A stretch of 63,130 nucleotides of DNA, filler included, from Sphacelaria rigidula (GCA_964200075.2; 10 parts of 10 records of this genome joined end to end with filler, not necessarily neighbours in it); one strand, 5' to 3'. Shown: positions 1-12,036, numbered from the whole stretch's first letter. The notes: generated by a model from the sequence alone, not told the origin. Made by a program: numbers and translations.

Positions 1-602
1 GACCTCATGGCACAGAAATGAAGAGGAGGCGAGCCGACTGCGTGCGATTAGACGGGAGACCAACGAAGCCCACATAGCACAGCAATGACGACGGTCCAGA
101 GAAGGGGGGGTTGGGGGCGAACCCCCCCGATGAGGGGTGTCGTTATGTCATACAGTGCTTGTCTTGATACACCTGGTGTGCTTGTACGTATGGCTGTCTC
201 TCGAGAGGTCGAACGATGGAACCGGGCGACTCTTAGTTATTCGGTCGGTGGTATTTGGGGCCTTGAGTCTCGCCCGTGGTCGGAGTCTATGTTCATTTCT
301 ACCTGGCCTCGCGCGTCGAGTTGGAAAGCCGGGTGCCACCCCCCTGAAGTTCGAATGGCCAGCTGCGGCACCGGATCTTCTGCGGTTAGCCATATGTTTT
401 CTCTTTTTTTCTTTTCTATTATCTTTTCCCTGTTTTGCTTGTATCGCGTTTTGTGAGTTTAATTCTAGGCCTATTTTGTTTTTGGTTTTGCTAGCCTGTG
501 ACCACGGAAGGCGCCCGCATCAGATGCCCAGTACAAATGTACCGCGCAGATATCGGAACGTTTTTTTTTTGTGAAGAAAACAACAACAACAACAACAACA
601 AC
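1..602 (+). mobile_element. 3' end of a non-LTR retrotransposon (RTE-like LINE): ORF C-terminal remnant, long 3' UTR and (CAA)n tail
   Basis: 2-88 reads TSWHRNEEEASRLRAIRRETNEAHIAQQ*. The following ~500 bp closely matches 25340-25897, and both copies end in ...GTGAAGA-(CAA)n. The RTE assignment rests on recalled family features. Confidence 0.7.
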
Positions 603-918
603 CCTTGTACCACCCGCGCACCAACGATTCTCGCGCGCCACCGTCGGCGCCCACGTCGCCTGAAGAAGCAACATAAGCTCTTTTCCTGCCGGAGACATGG
701 CTATTCCTTGCCGCACAACAGTGCAGCAGTCAGCATTGACCAACCATCATTCCTGATAGGTCCAAGCCTGTGGATAGCTCAATGTCACCGTCCTCTCTGG
801 CAGCAGAATCGGTATAATCGGCGGAGGTTATTAGGGGCTAAGCGGCGAATGACTCGAAAAACGATATCATGTATGCGTTTGTTGTCGTTGTGCTTGCTGT
901 TGTAGTTGTAGTTGTCGC

Positions 919-1269
919 TGTGTGCTGTCTTCCCGTCCATTCTGCGCGCCAGTCTACACCTTCCGGTAATGTGGGCGCATGTGCCCGGGTCACACAGGAG
1001 GATGTCCAACACAGGATTTTCTTTTGCTTCAAGTACCCTACCTTCCTTCTGCGGCGCTTGCCTTCATTATTATCGCGAAAAAGGTTCAGCGGTCCGTGTC
1101 CCTCGTCGATCGTGAAGTCGAATTATGTGTACCCACGGCCAAGTCGCTCTCCACTGTTGGGTATGGTGTGAAAAAAATCCCAGATCGTGTGGTTTCATCG
1201 CGATTCGAACCCACGCCTCAATCGTCAGAGGGTTGCAAGGTTACCAACTGAGCCATGGGGGCGACCGGC
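919..1269 (-). mobile_element. tRNA-derived SINE, near full length
   Basis: Minus strand starts GCCGGTCGCCCC-ATGGCTCAGTTGG (A box), followed by GGTTCGAATC (B box). The body matches 48801-49195. Confidence 0.85.
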
Positions 1270-1326
1270 TCATGTCGTACACAAGAAGTCGGTGGGATGT
1301 ACAGTAAGTACACAGAGTCGCGTGCG

Positions 1327-1740
1327 AACAACTATTAGTACAGGCTTCTGACCGAGTAACTGTCTGCAAACAACTAGTTGTACACATTTCTGATCGGGCA
1401 GTAGTTAGCAAACAACGAAGTTGTTCAGGTCTCTGATCGAGTGGTCGTTTGCACGAAACAAATTGTTTAGGATTCTGGCCCGCTATTTTAGCTGTGTGCA
1501 AGCAACCAGTTGTTCAGGGTTCTGAGAGAGTAATTATTTGCAGGCAACTATTCTTGAAGGTTTCTGACCGAGCAATTGTTTGCATGTAACACATAACTGC
1601 TATTGCAGGTTTTTGATCGACTAGTTGTTTGCAAACGACTAGTCACACCAATTTCTAAACGAGTAGGTGCTAGCACACAACTAGTCACACCAGTTTCTGA
1701 ACGAGTAGGTGTAGGTGCTAGCACACAGCGAGTTGACAGG
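1327..1740. repeat. Degenerate ~42-bp minisatellite, about 10 units
   Basis: Recurring unit resembling AACAACTAGTTGTTCAGGTTTCTGAxCGAGTAGTTGTTTGCA. Confidence 0.75.
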
Positions 1741-2171
1741 TGCCGTTGTCTGGGTGTCAACGTTTTCTTCGAATCGCTTATGCCGTGCAGTGTAAAAAAA
1801 TGAGCTTCCCGATAAGAGGCCAAAACCCCACTCCTTATGTGATCAGAAAACGCGTTTTACGTCAAGAATTTTTCTGATGACATTTCCGACAGCCCAAAGT
1901 CATCAGAAAATCGTGATTTTCTGATAACCTTAGGCTATCGATTTTTTTTTTGAAAAAGCGTTTGAACACACCCTACAGCCCACGACAGCACCTGGGATGG
2001 CTTGGCTGCCATCACTAATGCTGTCGCTGGTGCTCGCGGGCATTCAGCGTGTTGCATCATTATCCTTCGCTCGCCGGTAGCGTGGTGGCCCTTTACCCCA
2101 TGAGAAGAGCACAGGGCAGGGTCGATGATGACTGCTGTACAGACAGGACAGTCTATATGTCCGTACAATAT

Positions 2172-2894
2172 TGTAGCTCAGTTCATGTCTGTGCAGGGGG
2201 CGTGTTGCGAACAGCCGTCGCAAAGCTTTCACGGTTAGGACGAATCATCACGAGTACAGATCACCGAATCCACGATTTCTTCGGCCTGATTGCCCAACAG
2301 GGAGAAAAACGTTGACCTCTGGTCCAAGGGGTATCCACGCCACTTTTGCACCATTCCACGTGTCTGGGCTACGTGTACCTGGGTTGCAACGCTGAAAACA
2401 AAGCCTAGAGATTGATTCGTACGATTCGAATCAATTATACCAAAACCAAGTATTTTCGAGACGAATCATCATTTGTCCGACCCTTGAAAGCTTTATAGAT
2501 TGCCCACGCACCCAAGCCTTGTAGAGACAGGATCGGTCTGACAGTACACACAAGACTATGAGATAGGCAGTGCTACTACTGTAGTACATCTGATGCAAAC
2601 CAGACAGCACTGTCTGTCCTGTTGTCCGTGCTGTCCGTTCAATCGAGTACTACGGTGCAGCGAAATTGCAGCTCAGTTCAGGTCTGCGCATGCAGCGTGT
2701 TGCGAACGGACGTCGCTAAATAGTATACAGACTGCCTACGCACCCAAGCCTTGTAGATACAGGACCGTACTGACAGTACACCCGAGACTATGAATAGCGC
2801 TACTGTTGTAGTACTACAGCCAATGCATACAATACAGCACTGCCTGTACTGTTGTCCGTGCTGTCCTTTCCGTCAAGTACTACCGCGCAGTGAA
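2172..2894. repeat. ~230-bp tandem duplication; first unit interrupted by a MITE
   Basis: 2172-2229 plus 2495-2663 aligns to 2668-2894 (GCTCAGTTCA...CACCCAAGCCTTGTAGA...GTTGTCCGTGCTGTCC). Confidence 0.8.
2230..2486. mobile_element. hAT-like MITE (family A, ~257 bp)
   Basis: TIRs CACGGTTAGGACGAAT / ATTTGTCCGACCCTTG. Perfect 8-bp TSD AAAGCTTT at 2222-2229 and 2487-2494. Other copies at 17508, 50702 and 56737. Confidence 0.9.
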
Positions 2895-3165
2895 GAATCA
2901 CAACCGTCAGTTCTAGAGTCAGTGAGTAAAACAAGGCTGGTTTTTCTTCATCGCCTTGCGTCACGCAGCCCACCATGTAATGCTCAGGCAATGTATTACT
3001 GTACAGTAGTACAGAAACGCAGTCAGTACGGACCGTACACCACGACAAGACAGCAGAGTGCTGCGTCTCTTTCGCGCGCCCCAGAATTTGAAGTTATACC
3101 CACACGCCACGTAGAGAACGATTAATACTGCTTTTCCAATGTCGATAGCGTCAATCACGTAAGAA

Positions 3166-3280
3166 GGGCTACTTCAAAAACAACGTTGAAAAACATGCTG
3201 TTGAAAAACGGCTTTTTTTATAACGCTTTTTTTATAACGCTTTTTTTATAACGCTTTTTTTTTTACATAAGAAGTAGCCT
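3166..3280. mobile_element. Very small TIR element with an internal (ATAACGCTTTTTTT)n array
   Basis: Inverted ends GGCTACTTC / GAAGTAGCC enclose GTTGAAAAAC repeats and a 14-bp tandem repeat. Confidence 0.45.
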
Positions 3281-3576
3281 TATTCCTCTCTTGTCATTTC
3301 TGTCTGCTTCTGTTTTTCCAGTTGTTGTTCACCTGTCATCTTGTTGATCTACTCCGCTCGTTCTTCCTTTCGTTCTTGGTGTGCTTCCTTTCTCGATTTG
3401 CTTAGCGAGAGTACTTCCGTTTGTTCACCTTGGACATGTCTAACGTATGGATACCTTGGACACATCTAACGTGTGGATAATGACCACCACTGAATCGCTC
3501 GGGTATGAGCTAACTTGCGACAATCAATCAAATCTAATAACCAGTCAACGAGTGAATTTGTGTCGAAGTTCGTTAA

Positions 3577-3674
3577 CCCTTGGACCGCGAGGTTAGTCTT
3601 CTGTTGAATCGGCATCAATGTCAAGTGAAAAAATGTATGCATGATCCAGAAAGACTAATCTCGCGGTCCAAGGG
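3577..3674. mobile_element. piggyBac-like MITE (98 bp)
   Basis: TTAA|CCCTTGGACCGCGAGGTTAGTCTT ... AAGACTAATCTCGCGGTCCAAGGG|CTAA. The internal GAATCGGCATCAAT motif recurs near 16140 and 28195. Confidence 0.7.
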
Positions 3675-4337
3675 CTAAGGGCGCATCTTCAGAAACGTTT
3701 TGCACGCACGTTGCCGTACACTGGTAACTGTGCTCGATCAAATTCGTTTGAATCCGCCCTGCCTTGTTCTTTTGGAAAGTGATAGGTAGGACGACCGTAA
3801 AACCGGTGCAGCACTGGACCTCGGGGTGAAGATACATATATTTTTGCTTCACGATTCGCCACGCAGAATCCATGCAGCAGTCATTACCCCACCAACGGCG
3901 GGTACGGCCTTGGGGTGAACGTTTTTTTACCCGAAAATCGTTTATCTGGGGATGGTACCGCATTTAGGGGTGGAACGGGCTGGCGTAGTATCCCACATAC
4001 CCCGGTGCAGTCCTGTACGTGTTGGCATTCTGCCCAACATACAGCAGGCGAGGGCTCCCTGCCCGAGGGCGCTACTCATATACAGGGGATGATACCCTAC
4101 ATACAGGTGTTATGCATCGTATAAAATTTGGGCCGCAGCAGTCGGTATGTTACGCCGAAGATGCGGAAGCACACATCTGTTCACAATACGGTTCAGCCAC
4201 ACTTGCGAAACGCAGGTCTGCAGGAGCCCCATTATGTTCGTACATTGAGGGTCCTCTTTCAAGGGGTGGGATGTCGCTCAGTAGTATGCCTCAGTAGTAT
4301 GCCCGAAGAACAGTGAACTATCCTTCAAGTACAGGGC

Positions 4338-4426
4338 CGTGCCGTACGGTGCTCTGTCTCGAAAGGGATGCGTGGTCAATGGTCAAACGACTAAGGCAAG
4401 CAACAAACGAGTACGCCCCACCCCTT
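4338..4426 (+). mobile_element. LINE family B, 3' terminal fragment
   Basis: GGGATGCGTGGTCAATGGTCAAACGAC...GAGTACGCCCC matches the 3' end of the 60135-60585 element. Confidence 0.7.
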
Positions 4427-6223
4427 CTATGTTTGCTCCCGACAGCGCCGGACGTCGAGCACGCCAAGTAGGGCAAAGCACGAAGGTTGCGCTTTGGCTT
4501 TTCTGACTCCGCGGTCACATATTTTGTGCTGTTGGACCAACGGATCCGAGAGTCTCCGTCGATTAGCTATAACAGACAGATCATGATCTGTCCGACGCGT
4601 GAACTTTCTTGCCCGTCGACTAGCCACCTTTGCCACCCCAACAACAGTGCAGTGAACGAGAGTACCGGAGATCCTAGTGTCATGCGACATTACGACAGTA
4701 CTGTAGTCGGTACTGCGGCACTGTACCGGTACGTCGACAGCAACAAGTACAGCACCGTCCGGTGACAACATCCTATACCATTGCACAGCAGTTCAGTGCG
4801 TCGCATCTTTATTGTCATCGCCAGAGGGCATTGAGTGACTTGTTTCACCCGTTGTATTTTAAAACTTCGCGCACGTCAAGAACCATTTTGCAACGAAGCT
4901 GCGCAATGCGTAGGTATGGTCTGTCACGAGACTGTCTGCTCCTGCGGTTTCAAAGGTACCAAACGCCTGTTGCTCCACCATCGTACGCCACCGCATGTAC
5001 TATACTGTACGCATATTCATGTGCCGCGCGTACCACTGTTATGGGGGAACCAGAGGCTTCCCGCAGTCTGCCGGAAGATAAGGAAATATGGAGGGGGAAA
5101 CAAGAACTCTCAATCTGGGCTCCGCCCAATATGGATTGAGGGAGCCCAAATTGGATCCCATAATCAAAATCTCATTTTGACTAGTCTCAATCTGCATTCA
5201 GATACGATTTTGTAACTATGGAAGATTGTTCAAGTCGTCGACCCCGCTGCCTATGTCGCTCAACATTGCAGTAGTAGCTTCACCAAGACTACAAGACAAG
5301 TATATGTCGGCGGAGACCGTGGAGATTGCGAGACATCATTCAGTGCTCATGGTCACGTGGAGTACCCAAATGTGGAAGGATCAGTTACGACAGTGGAACA
5401 AAGATGACACGACAACAAACAAACAAACGCGTTCACTCATACGCACACCTTAGCCTAGCTTGATTGTGGCTCACGAACCTAGACAAAGACCATCCTCCGT
5501 CATGATTGCTCCCGGCTCGGGTCTGTACCCACGCTGCTGCGAACACAGCTACCTTACACAACATCTGCTTCTGCCTCAGGACTAAAACGCCTCCGCGAAA
5601 ACCAGTGGATGATGACAGGCGTACATACGTCGCGCATAGAGCCGGCGTCCGATGTATTCGGAGCACCGAGCCAAACAACGAAGCTCAGAACGCAGGGGCG
5701 AACGCAAGAAGGATTGAGGTGTGTTTCCAGGTAGGCAGATACTCTCTGCTGCAAGTTTTTGGGGAAACTACTGTATCTGACGAATAATCTCAGAATCTGT
5801 CCGGCCTAGCACGAACATTTGCCTATCCTTCCGTGATCCCTGGCCTAACGTACAGACGTAGTAGTGGTACTGCTCTCGCGTAACGCCACCGACAGGGATA
5901 CCAAGGCTGGTTCTCATGTTGGTGTTGTTCCTATCTGTAGACCACAGGGTGGATTTGCGAAATTCCGTTCAAATACGCACCGCAAATAAATCAGGGCAAT
6001 GGCCTCGAGAAGGTATACCTTCTCGTTTTTTGTCGAAAAAAGGTACGAAAAATGACCAGAAACGCGAAAGCAGCATAATACGTAATTTCGATTGTTTTCG
6101 CTCCGTATTTTTCACGCACATCACTCGGGGAGGGGGGGGGGGGGGGGGGGGGGGGGTGGGGGCATTTTTTTGGAATGCCCCCCCCAAAACCCACGAAAAG
6201 GGAAACAAAAAAAAGAGCGATCA

Positions 6224-6323
6224 NNNNNNNNNNNNNNNNNNNNNNNNNNNNNNNNNNNNNNNNNNNNTTAATTAATTAANNNNNNNNNNNNNNNNNNNNN
6301 NNNNNNNNNNNNNNNNNNNNNNN
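6224..6323. other. Artificial contig linker (44 N + TTAATTAATTAA + 44 N); identical linkers start at 12547, 18870, 25193, 31516, 37839, 44162, 50485 and 56808
   Basis: Exact 6323-bp periodicity. The 12-mer places stop codons in all six frames. Confidence 0.98.
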
Positions 6324-6603
6324 CCCGAAGCCAAGTTCAACACCTTTGACACAAGTACCCCACGTTTGTGCCAGTTCCATGAGGGGGGGGGGTGACGAGA
6401 GTCACAGTTACCAGGTACGCGATAGAGCCCCAGTCCGTGAGGGAATATAAGTTGGATCCTTTGAAGTACAAGATTAATACAAAAGCGCGATCGATGTACT
6501 CAACATTCTTTGCACAACACTCAAGACGCTACATATGCATTTACCCTACCTCATGTCCCCATCTCTCTCCATCTCTCCATGTCCGTCGTGTGCGACAAGA
6601 CAG

Positions 6604-7016
6604 GAGTTGACGGAGGTAGAAGAGGCGTTACTGACGTGCGCACCGCCGGCACCGGCACCCGCACCAGCAGCAACGCTGGATGTCCCAACTCGCACCCATC
6701 CTTCCGCAGAAGCACAGGCCAACGATAATGACGCCTACGCCACAGCTGGGGTTCGCAGTGATAGTAATGCCCACGAACGCGAGGGGGCGGTGGGGACGGC
6801 GGACGGGGCGGAGGCAGGAGGTGGAGGAGGGAGGCCAGTGGCGGTCGGGGGTGCCGACGATGAGGAGGGGGTTAAGGAGAACAACCCGCAGGGGCAGCAT
6901 CCGTATGTGGCCTCTGAGCGATACGGCGGCAGTGCGGACTACACCGACTTCGTCAGGGTCAGGGGGAAGGTTTCGCGTAAGGCGGCGTCGTACTTCACAG
7001 CGCGGACATTTCTCAG
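6604..7016 (+). CDS. Internal exon of a PP2A regulatory subunit B''-gamma (PPP2R3C / TON2-FASS-like) gene
   Basis: CAG| acceptor and AG|GTGAC donor. ELTEVEEALLTCAPP...ADYTDFVRVRGKVSRKAASYFTARTFLR resembles the recalled PPP2R3C segment INYENFLKVGEKAGAKCKQFFTAKVF. Phase 2 matches the next exon. Confidence 0.75.
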
Positions 7017-7690
7017 GTGACTTTTCATTGAGCCGTGCGCTTCCGCCATTCATTGGGTGCAGAGCTGCTGAGATGACGCGGAGGATACTGAGCGTCTTAA
7101 GATACTGCATGTTAGTGCCGTGTAAGGCATGGACGGCGACCCACCAATAATCGAGGTTCCTCGCGCCTTGTCGTTGTGGTTGGCGCTGTTGTTTCCCTCC
7201 CCATAGTAAAACACCAGAGAAAGGGACTCAAGAAACAAACCTTGCCTGCACAAGGATGTGGTCAGCAGGCTTGACAATGCAGCTCTCTTCTTTACTGCAC
7301 CGCATCAGCGGTTGTCGCCTTAGCCATTACGAGGTGGCTGCGTTTTTTCACAGAATCGTGATCGAGGTACTTGCCGAAAAGATAGTGGACGATCGCGTCC
7401 CGAGGATCGCAGCAGTATACGGACCGCAGTGTGATTTCCGCTTGTTTTCTGAACACTTCTCTACACCATGCTTACCCCCACGGATACAGTATACGCAGCA
7501 CAAGCTCATCCAGTGAGAGGGTGGATGCGGGCTTCCGTATGTAGCTAATCCCGCGCGCGTCGGCTTTCCTTTTGGGCCAAGATGCAGAACCCTCCCTTGT
7601 GTCTTATCTCGGTTACGCCCTTGTGTTTCGCGCTACTGCACTTCCCGTGTGCACCGTCGGTGAAATTCCCCCTCCCCCCGATGTCCCCAG

Positions 7691-7786
7691 GTTTCCGCGG
7701 GATGTACGTGGGCGCATTCCGTCGCAGATGTTCTTCAAGCATGTATACGACTCGGTTTCTCTCCAGAAGACCAAGATTACACTACA
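7691..7786 (+). CDS. Next exon of the PP2A B''-gamma/TON2-like gene
   Basis: CCCCAG| acceptor and |GTAAG donor. (R)FPRDVRGRIPSQMFFKHVYDSVSLQKTKITL resembles the recalled TON2 segment FEKDESGRIAILPFYLYVMRTVSLTQARIDM. Confidence 0.8.
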
Positions 7787-9422
7787 GTAAGAGACACGCT
7801 GCAACTGAATCTTTGGCGGTACACCGCCATGCCACCCCCGCATTTCACTGTACATGTTCCGGGGGTTCAAAACCCTCCCCGACACCGGAACTCTTTTCGG
7901 AACGTTTTTACCTGCACATCCCGACGCTACGTTAGTTACAGCTGACCGACTCCTCTCCGTGTCCGAGCATCACTTCTAGTAACAGGAGGATTCCATGCAC
8001 GCCGTAGTCCCATTACTTGACTGATGTATAGTGGTGATCCAAAAACCTGTATAACGTTTTCAGTGGCCAGCCTAGGGACCACTTGTCCCACCTGGAGCTC
8101 CTCAACTGCTGCACGTCCCATTTTGTCGCGACATCCGCGGCTCCTGGCGGCACTGTCCGTTTTACGGGGGCGGGAACAAAGGGGTCTTGTGTTCTGGATG
8201 TGTGCGTAGGTTTGTGCTTATGCTTGATGATGATGGCGCGCTCGTCATCTTCCCGGTCTGTGTTCGCTCAGCTCTCAGATCAGGCTAGCAATAACCGAAA
8301 GGTGCATGTGTAACGTGGAAACGAAAAGTGTATGAATGACGCGGGTAATATTCCAAAGGCAGGTCGAGTAGAGTATACTCAATTCTCAGTGTTTTCGAAG
8401 AGTCATACTTTTAGTACTCAAACTTTGTGTGGAGTATTGGAGGTCGTACTCGAAGTACTCAAAAATTGAGTAGGGGGTTTTGAGGCCGTACTCGACCTAC
8501 TCAAAATTTGAGTAGAGTGTTGGACGTCATATTCAATCTACTCAAAATTTGAGCAGGGTATTTAGAGTCATACCCAATCTACCCGAAAGTTGGGTAGAGT
8601 ATCTGAGGCCGGACCCAATGTACCACCGCTGACTCTCCCACGGGGAAGTTACATGTGTGGCCAGTAGTGTCGCTCATTTTGATAATACCTATCCGACAAC
8701 CTGTCTACTCGATTACTCAATGATGATGAGTAGCGCTCTCCACTGAAAGTGATATCGAAGTGGTTGAGAGATATCAAGTATGTACTGCCATGGGTGGGGG
8801 CAGCTGAGCTGGGGCAGGTAGGTTGACTAACCTGCGCTTTTTCTTGTTTTTTTATGGCCATCATTCACTCATACTTATTGTAGCCTGTGACGTACCGCCA
8901 CTCATCTAATTGATGGACATCGTTCGCCAATGTATCCAACATAGTCTCTGAAGTGACGTCACGAAGTCGCCCACAGTCACGGTTGCTCATAAGACTCAAG
9001 GGATACTTTACACTCAAGTATTACGTAAAGGGTTTACTCAATATTCGAGTAGAGCATTGGAGGTCGTACTCGATCTACTCAAATTTTGGGTAGAGTATTT
9101 GAGGCCGTCCTCGACCTACTCAAAATTTGGATAAGAGTATTGAGGTTATACCCAACTGATATTCTATACTGAAGTATTACTGGGAGTCCTTACTCAATAT
9201 TTGAGTAGAGTAGTGGAGGTCGTACTCAATCTATCCTAATTTTGAGTAGAATATTTGAGGCCGTACTCGACCTACTCAAGAATTGAGTACATTGTTGAGG
9301 CCATACGCAATTGATACCTTATACTCAAGTATTACTGAGAGTGCTTACTCAATATTTGAGTAGAGTATGGGAGGCCGTACTGGATCTAGTCAAATTCTGA
9401 GTAGAGTATTTGAGGCAGTAAT

Positions 9423-10295
9423 CGCCGGTCGCCCCGGTGACTCAGTTGGTAACCTCAAAACCTTCTGACGGTTGGGTCGTGGGTTCAATTCTCGGAGCGA
9501 TCTAGGATTTTCTGACACAGTGCCCAACAGTGGAGAACGACTACCGTATGTCGTGGGTACACATAATTCCACCGTTAAGACAAATCACGATTTATACGAG
9601 TTGACTCCTCATGACATGACAGGAGTCAAGCTGTATCCAACTGTTGGTCCCGCATGCACCCGACGGTGAATAGCATATGCAGTACAGTCATCTCAACCGC
9701 AGGCAGATTGAGAGAAAAGTACGACTGATGCAAGGCCCATGTCATGAATGGATTTAACCATGTGCCGACTCTTCGTCTCGCATGAGTCATACGCATGACA
9801 TAAATGTACATGCCATTCACGCCTCATGGTGAATGTGGGTGACTTGTACAATCGATTCATTCCGCCTTTTTCTCCAGGGGATTAGTATGTATCCATGATC
9901 TACCCCCTATGACCTGAAGGTGGGAAACAGGTATTTTTGACGGTGTACTGCACGGCACAAGAGCTCAAACCTGTATGAATTACAAATGATGTACGAATCG
10001 TATGATTTATTAGTTGAAATGATGAACATGAGTTGAATCAACCAAATTTATTTGTCCTAACCGTGCGAAATTCGACTTAATGGTCGACGAGGGGAAGGGA
10101 CTGCTGGACCCCTCTCGCGATAAAAAACGAAAGGCAAGCACCGCAGAAGAAAGGTGGAGGACTAAACAAATTAAACTCCTGTGTTGACCTTCCTCCTGTG
10201 TGACCCCGGCTGGTGCGCCCACATATACCGAAAGGTGTAGACCGGCGTCCAGAATAGATGGTACGACAACACACACACACACACACACACACACA
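9423..10295 (+). mobile_element. tRNA-derived SINE split by a hAT-like insertion (5' part 9423-9569, 3' part 10066-10295)
   Basis: A and B boxes in the 5' part. The sequence resumes in register after the insertion and ends in (AC)n. Confidence 0.85.
9570..10065. mobile_element. hAT-like MITE (496 bp) sharing the family-A TIR
   Basis: CACCGTTAAGACAAAT ... ATTTGTCCTAACCGTG. The flanks CATAATTC and CGAAATTC each differ by one base from the SINE consensus site CAAAATTC (8-bp TSD). Confidence 0.8.
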
Positions 10296-10372
10296 CTCGA
10301 CCTACTCAAAAATTGAGTAGAGTGAAAACTCCGGTATTTTACTCGAGTACTCAAAAGTGCATACTCTACTCG

Positions 10373-10683
10373 CGGTTGGGTCGTGGGTTCGAATCTCGTA
10401 GCTATCTGGGACTTTTTCTCACACACTGCCCAACAGTGGAGAGCGACTAATGTATGTCGTGGGTACGCAAAATTCGACTTAATGGTCGACGAGGGGAAGG
10501 GACCGCTGGACCCCTCTCGCGATGAAAAATAAGGGCAAGAACCGCAGAAAGGTGGAGGACTAAAAATAAATATACTCCTGTGTTGACCTTCCTCCTGTGT
10601 GACCGCGGCTGGTGCGCCCACATATACCGAAAGGTGTAGACCGGCGTCCAGAATAGATGGAACGGCAATGACACACACACACA
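10373..10683 (+). mobile_element. 5'-truncated tRNA-derived SINE
   Basis: B box GGGTTCGAATC, conserved body and (AC)n tail. Confidence 0.85.
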
Positions 10684-11574
10684 GAGACTCGTTTGCAAAA
10701 CCGACCGCACGATCGACATTATTACCGACCGGCAACCACCGTGGAGTATGATACGTGTAGTACAGTATCGCAACGTATGACAACGCAGACTGTATTGTAG
10801 TGTAGACAACCTCACGAAGATACAGCCGTGATGACACAGGGTATATGGGTGGGTAACACAGATGTCAATCCTTGTGAACACGCGTGTGATATTGATAACA
10901 AGAGCATGAGAGGGGAATTTTCTGCTTGCAACTATGATTCGAAGTGTCTTCTTCGCGCAAGAAGAGGCCCACACAACACCCGCCCCCAAAGGATGATTCT
11001 ATGGTAGGGTATTTGGGCGTGGTGTTGCATACAGCATCCAGGGACCCCCTTTTCGTGAAAGCACCCCGCACCCTCCACCCCCCCCCCCCCAAGCCCCCCT
11101 CCCCCCCCTCCGGCCGCTGGCCCTCGTCCGCCCTTCNNNNNNNNNNAGGATGAGGTTAGGGTGGTGTGTGTGGGGGTTTTGTTGCGCCCCCCCGACGGGA
11201 GGCCCCCCTTCTCGTAGCCCCCCCCCCCCCCCCCCCCCCCCCATCGTAGCATCCGTCTTTCAGTAGGCGATGGAAGTCTGGTCACACCGGTGGACACTTG
11301 GCTACATCCTATGGGGTGCCTGTCAGGGCAAACACCCTGTGGAGACCCTGTGATGACCGTGTACAGTGTAATGCGTGAGAGGACTGCGTGCTTCGAGGAC
11401 CGCATCGGAATTTGAACATCCCTATGGTAAGGGCTAGGGTTATGGTCAGGGTTAGGGATGTGGTCAGGGGCGTGGTACCTCCAGGGACTGACCCGATTGG
11501 TTTTGAAAAATGTCGATCCTGAGGTGTTTTGAACTAGGGCGCGGTCCTCTAAGCACACGGCCCTCCCACGCATT

Positions 11575-11900
11575 ACAACAGGGCAAGCACCCTGCCAGGG
11601 TCGCGTGACAGTACCTTGTCGGTACGAAAACCTTGACAGGGTTTGATGGTAATACCTTCTACATTTGTAGACCTTGCACAGGGTGGTGTGTCAATACCTC
11701 GCACCAGGACTGACCTTGGCAGGGTGATATCCCATGCCTTGGACAAGTATCCACCCTGGCAAGGTAATGTTACGATACCTTGTAATAAGGCCCACCTTGA
11801 CAGGGTGATATTTCCATACCTTGTGCAAGAGCACATACTGGCAGGGTAATAATTCTATACCCTGGGCAAGCATCACGTTGGCAGGGTAATGTTTCGACAT
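11575..11900. repeat. ~41-bp degenerate minisatellite (CCTTGGCAGGGT core)
   Basis: Repeated CCTTG(G/A)CAGGGT(G/A)AT...ATACCTTG units. Confidence 0.7.
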
Positions 11901-12036
11901 GTTATTATTATACACCATACGCACAGGGTTTCGCAACAATCCTCTGTAGTGCCAGTCCAGGCGAGTACGCTGCACAGTCGCTTTTTCCAGTGCATATTGT
12001 ACTCGATACAGAAGTGAACGTGGGCGGTCAGTACAC

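Larger units (their letters stand above)
8354..10372. mobile_element. Non-autonomous DNA transposon built from ~39-bp units containing near-palindromic TACTCAAAATTTGAGTA, split by nested insertions
   Basis: The terminus CAAAGGCAGGTCGAGTAGAGTATACTCAA also occurs reverse-complemented ending at 57499 and ~58984. The array is present at 8354-8619, 9001-9422 and 10296-10372. Confidence 0.7.

Noticed and set aside
5433..5678. Possible first exon on the minus strand (MLCKVAVFAAAWVQ...ARLR|GT)
   Set aside because: The donor is plausible, but there is no recognisable homology and no convincing partner exon.
6268..6279. TTAATTAATTAA as a biological motif (e.g. PacI or piggyBac site)
   Set aside because: It is the centre of an identical N-padded synthetic linker repeated nine times.
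8440..9420. Regularly spaced palindromic repeats resembling a CRISPR array
   Set aside because: The intervening sequences are homologous to each other rather than unique spacers, there are no cas genes, and the context is a eukaryotic transposon.
10010..10837. Longest ORF in the track (275 aa, minus strand)
   Set aside because: It is an antisense read-through of two tandem SINE copies and (TG)n tracts; similar pseudo-peptides recur at every SINE.
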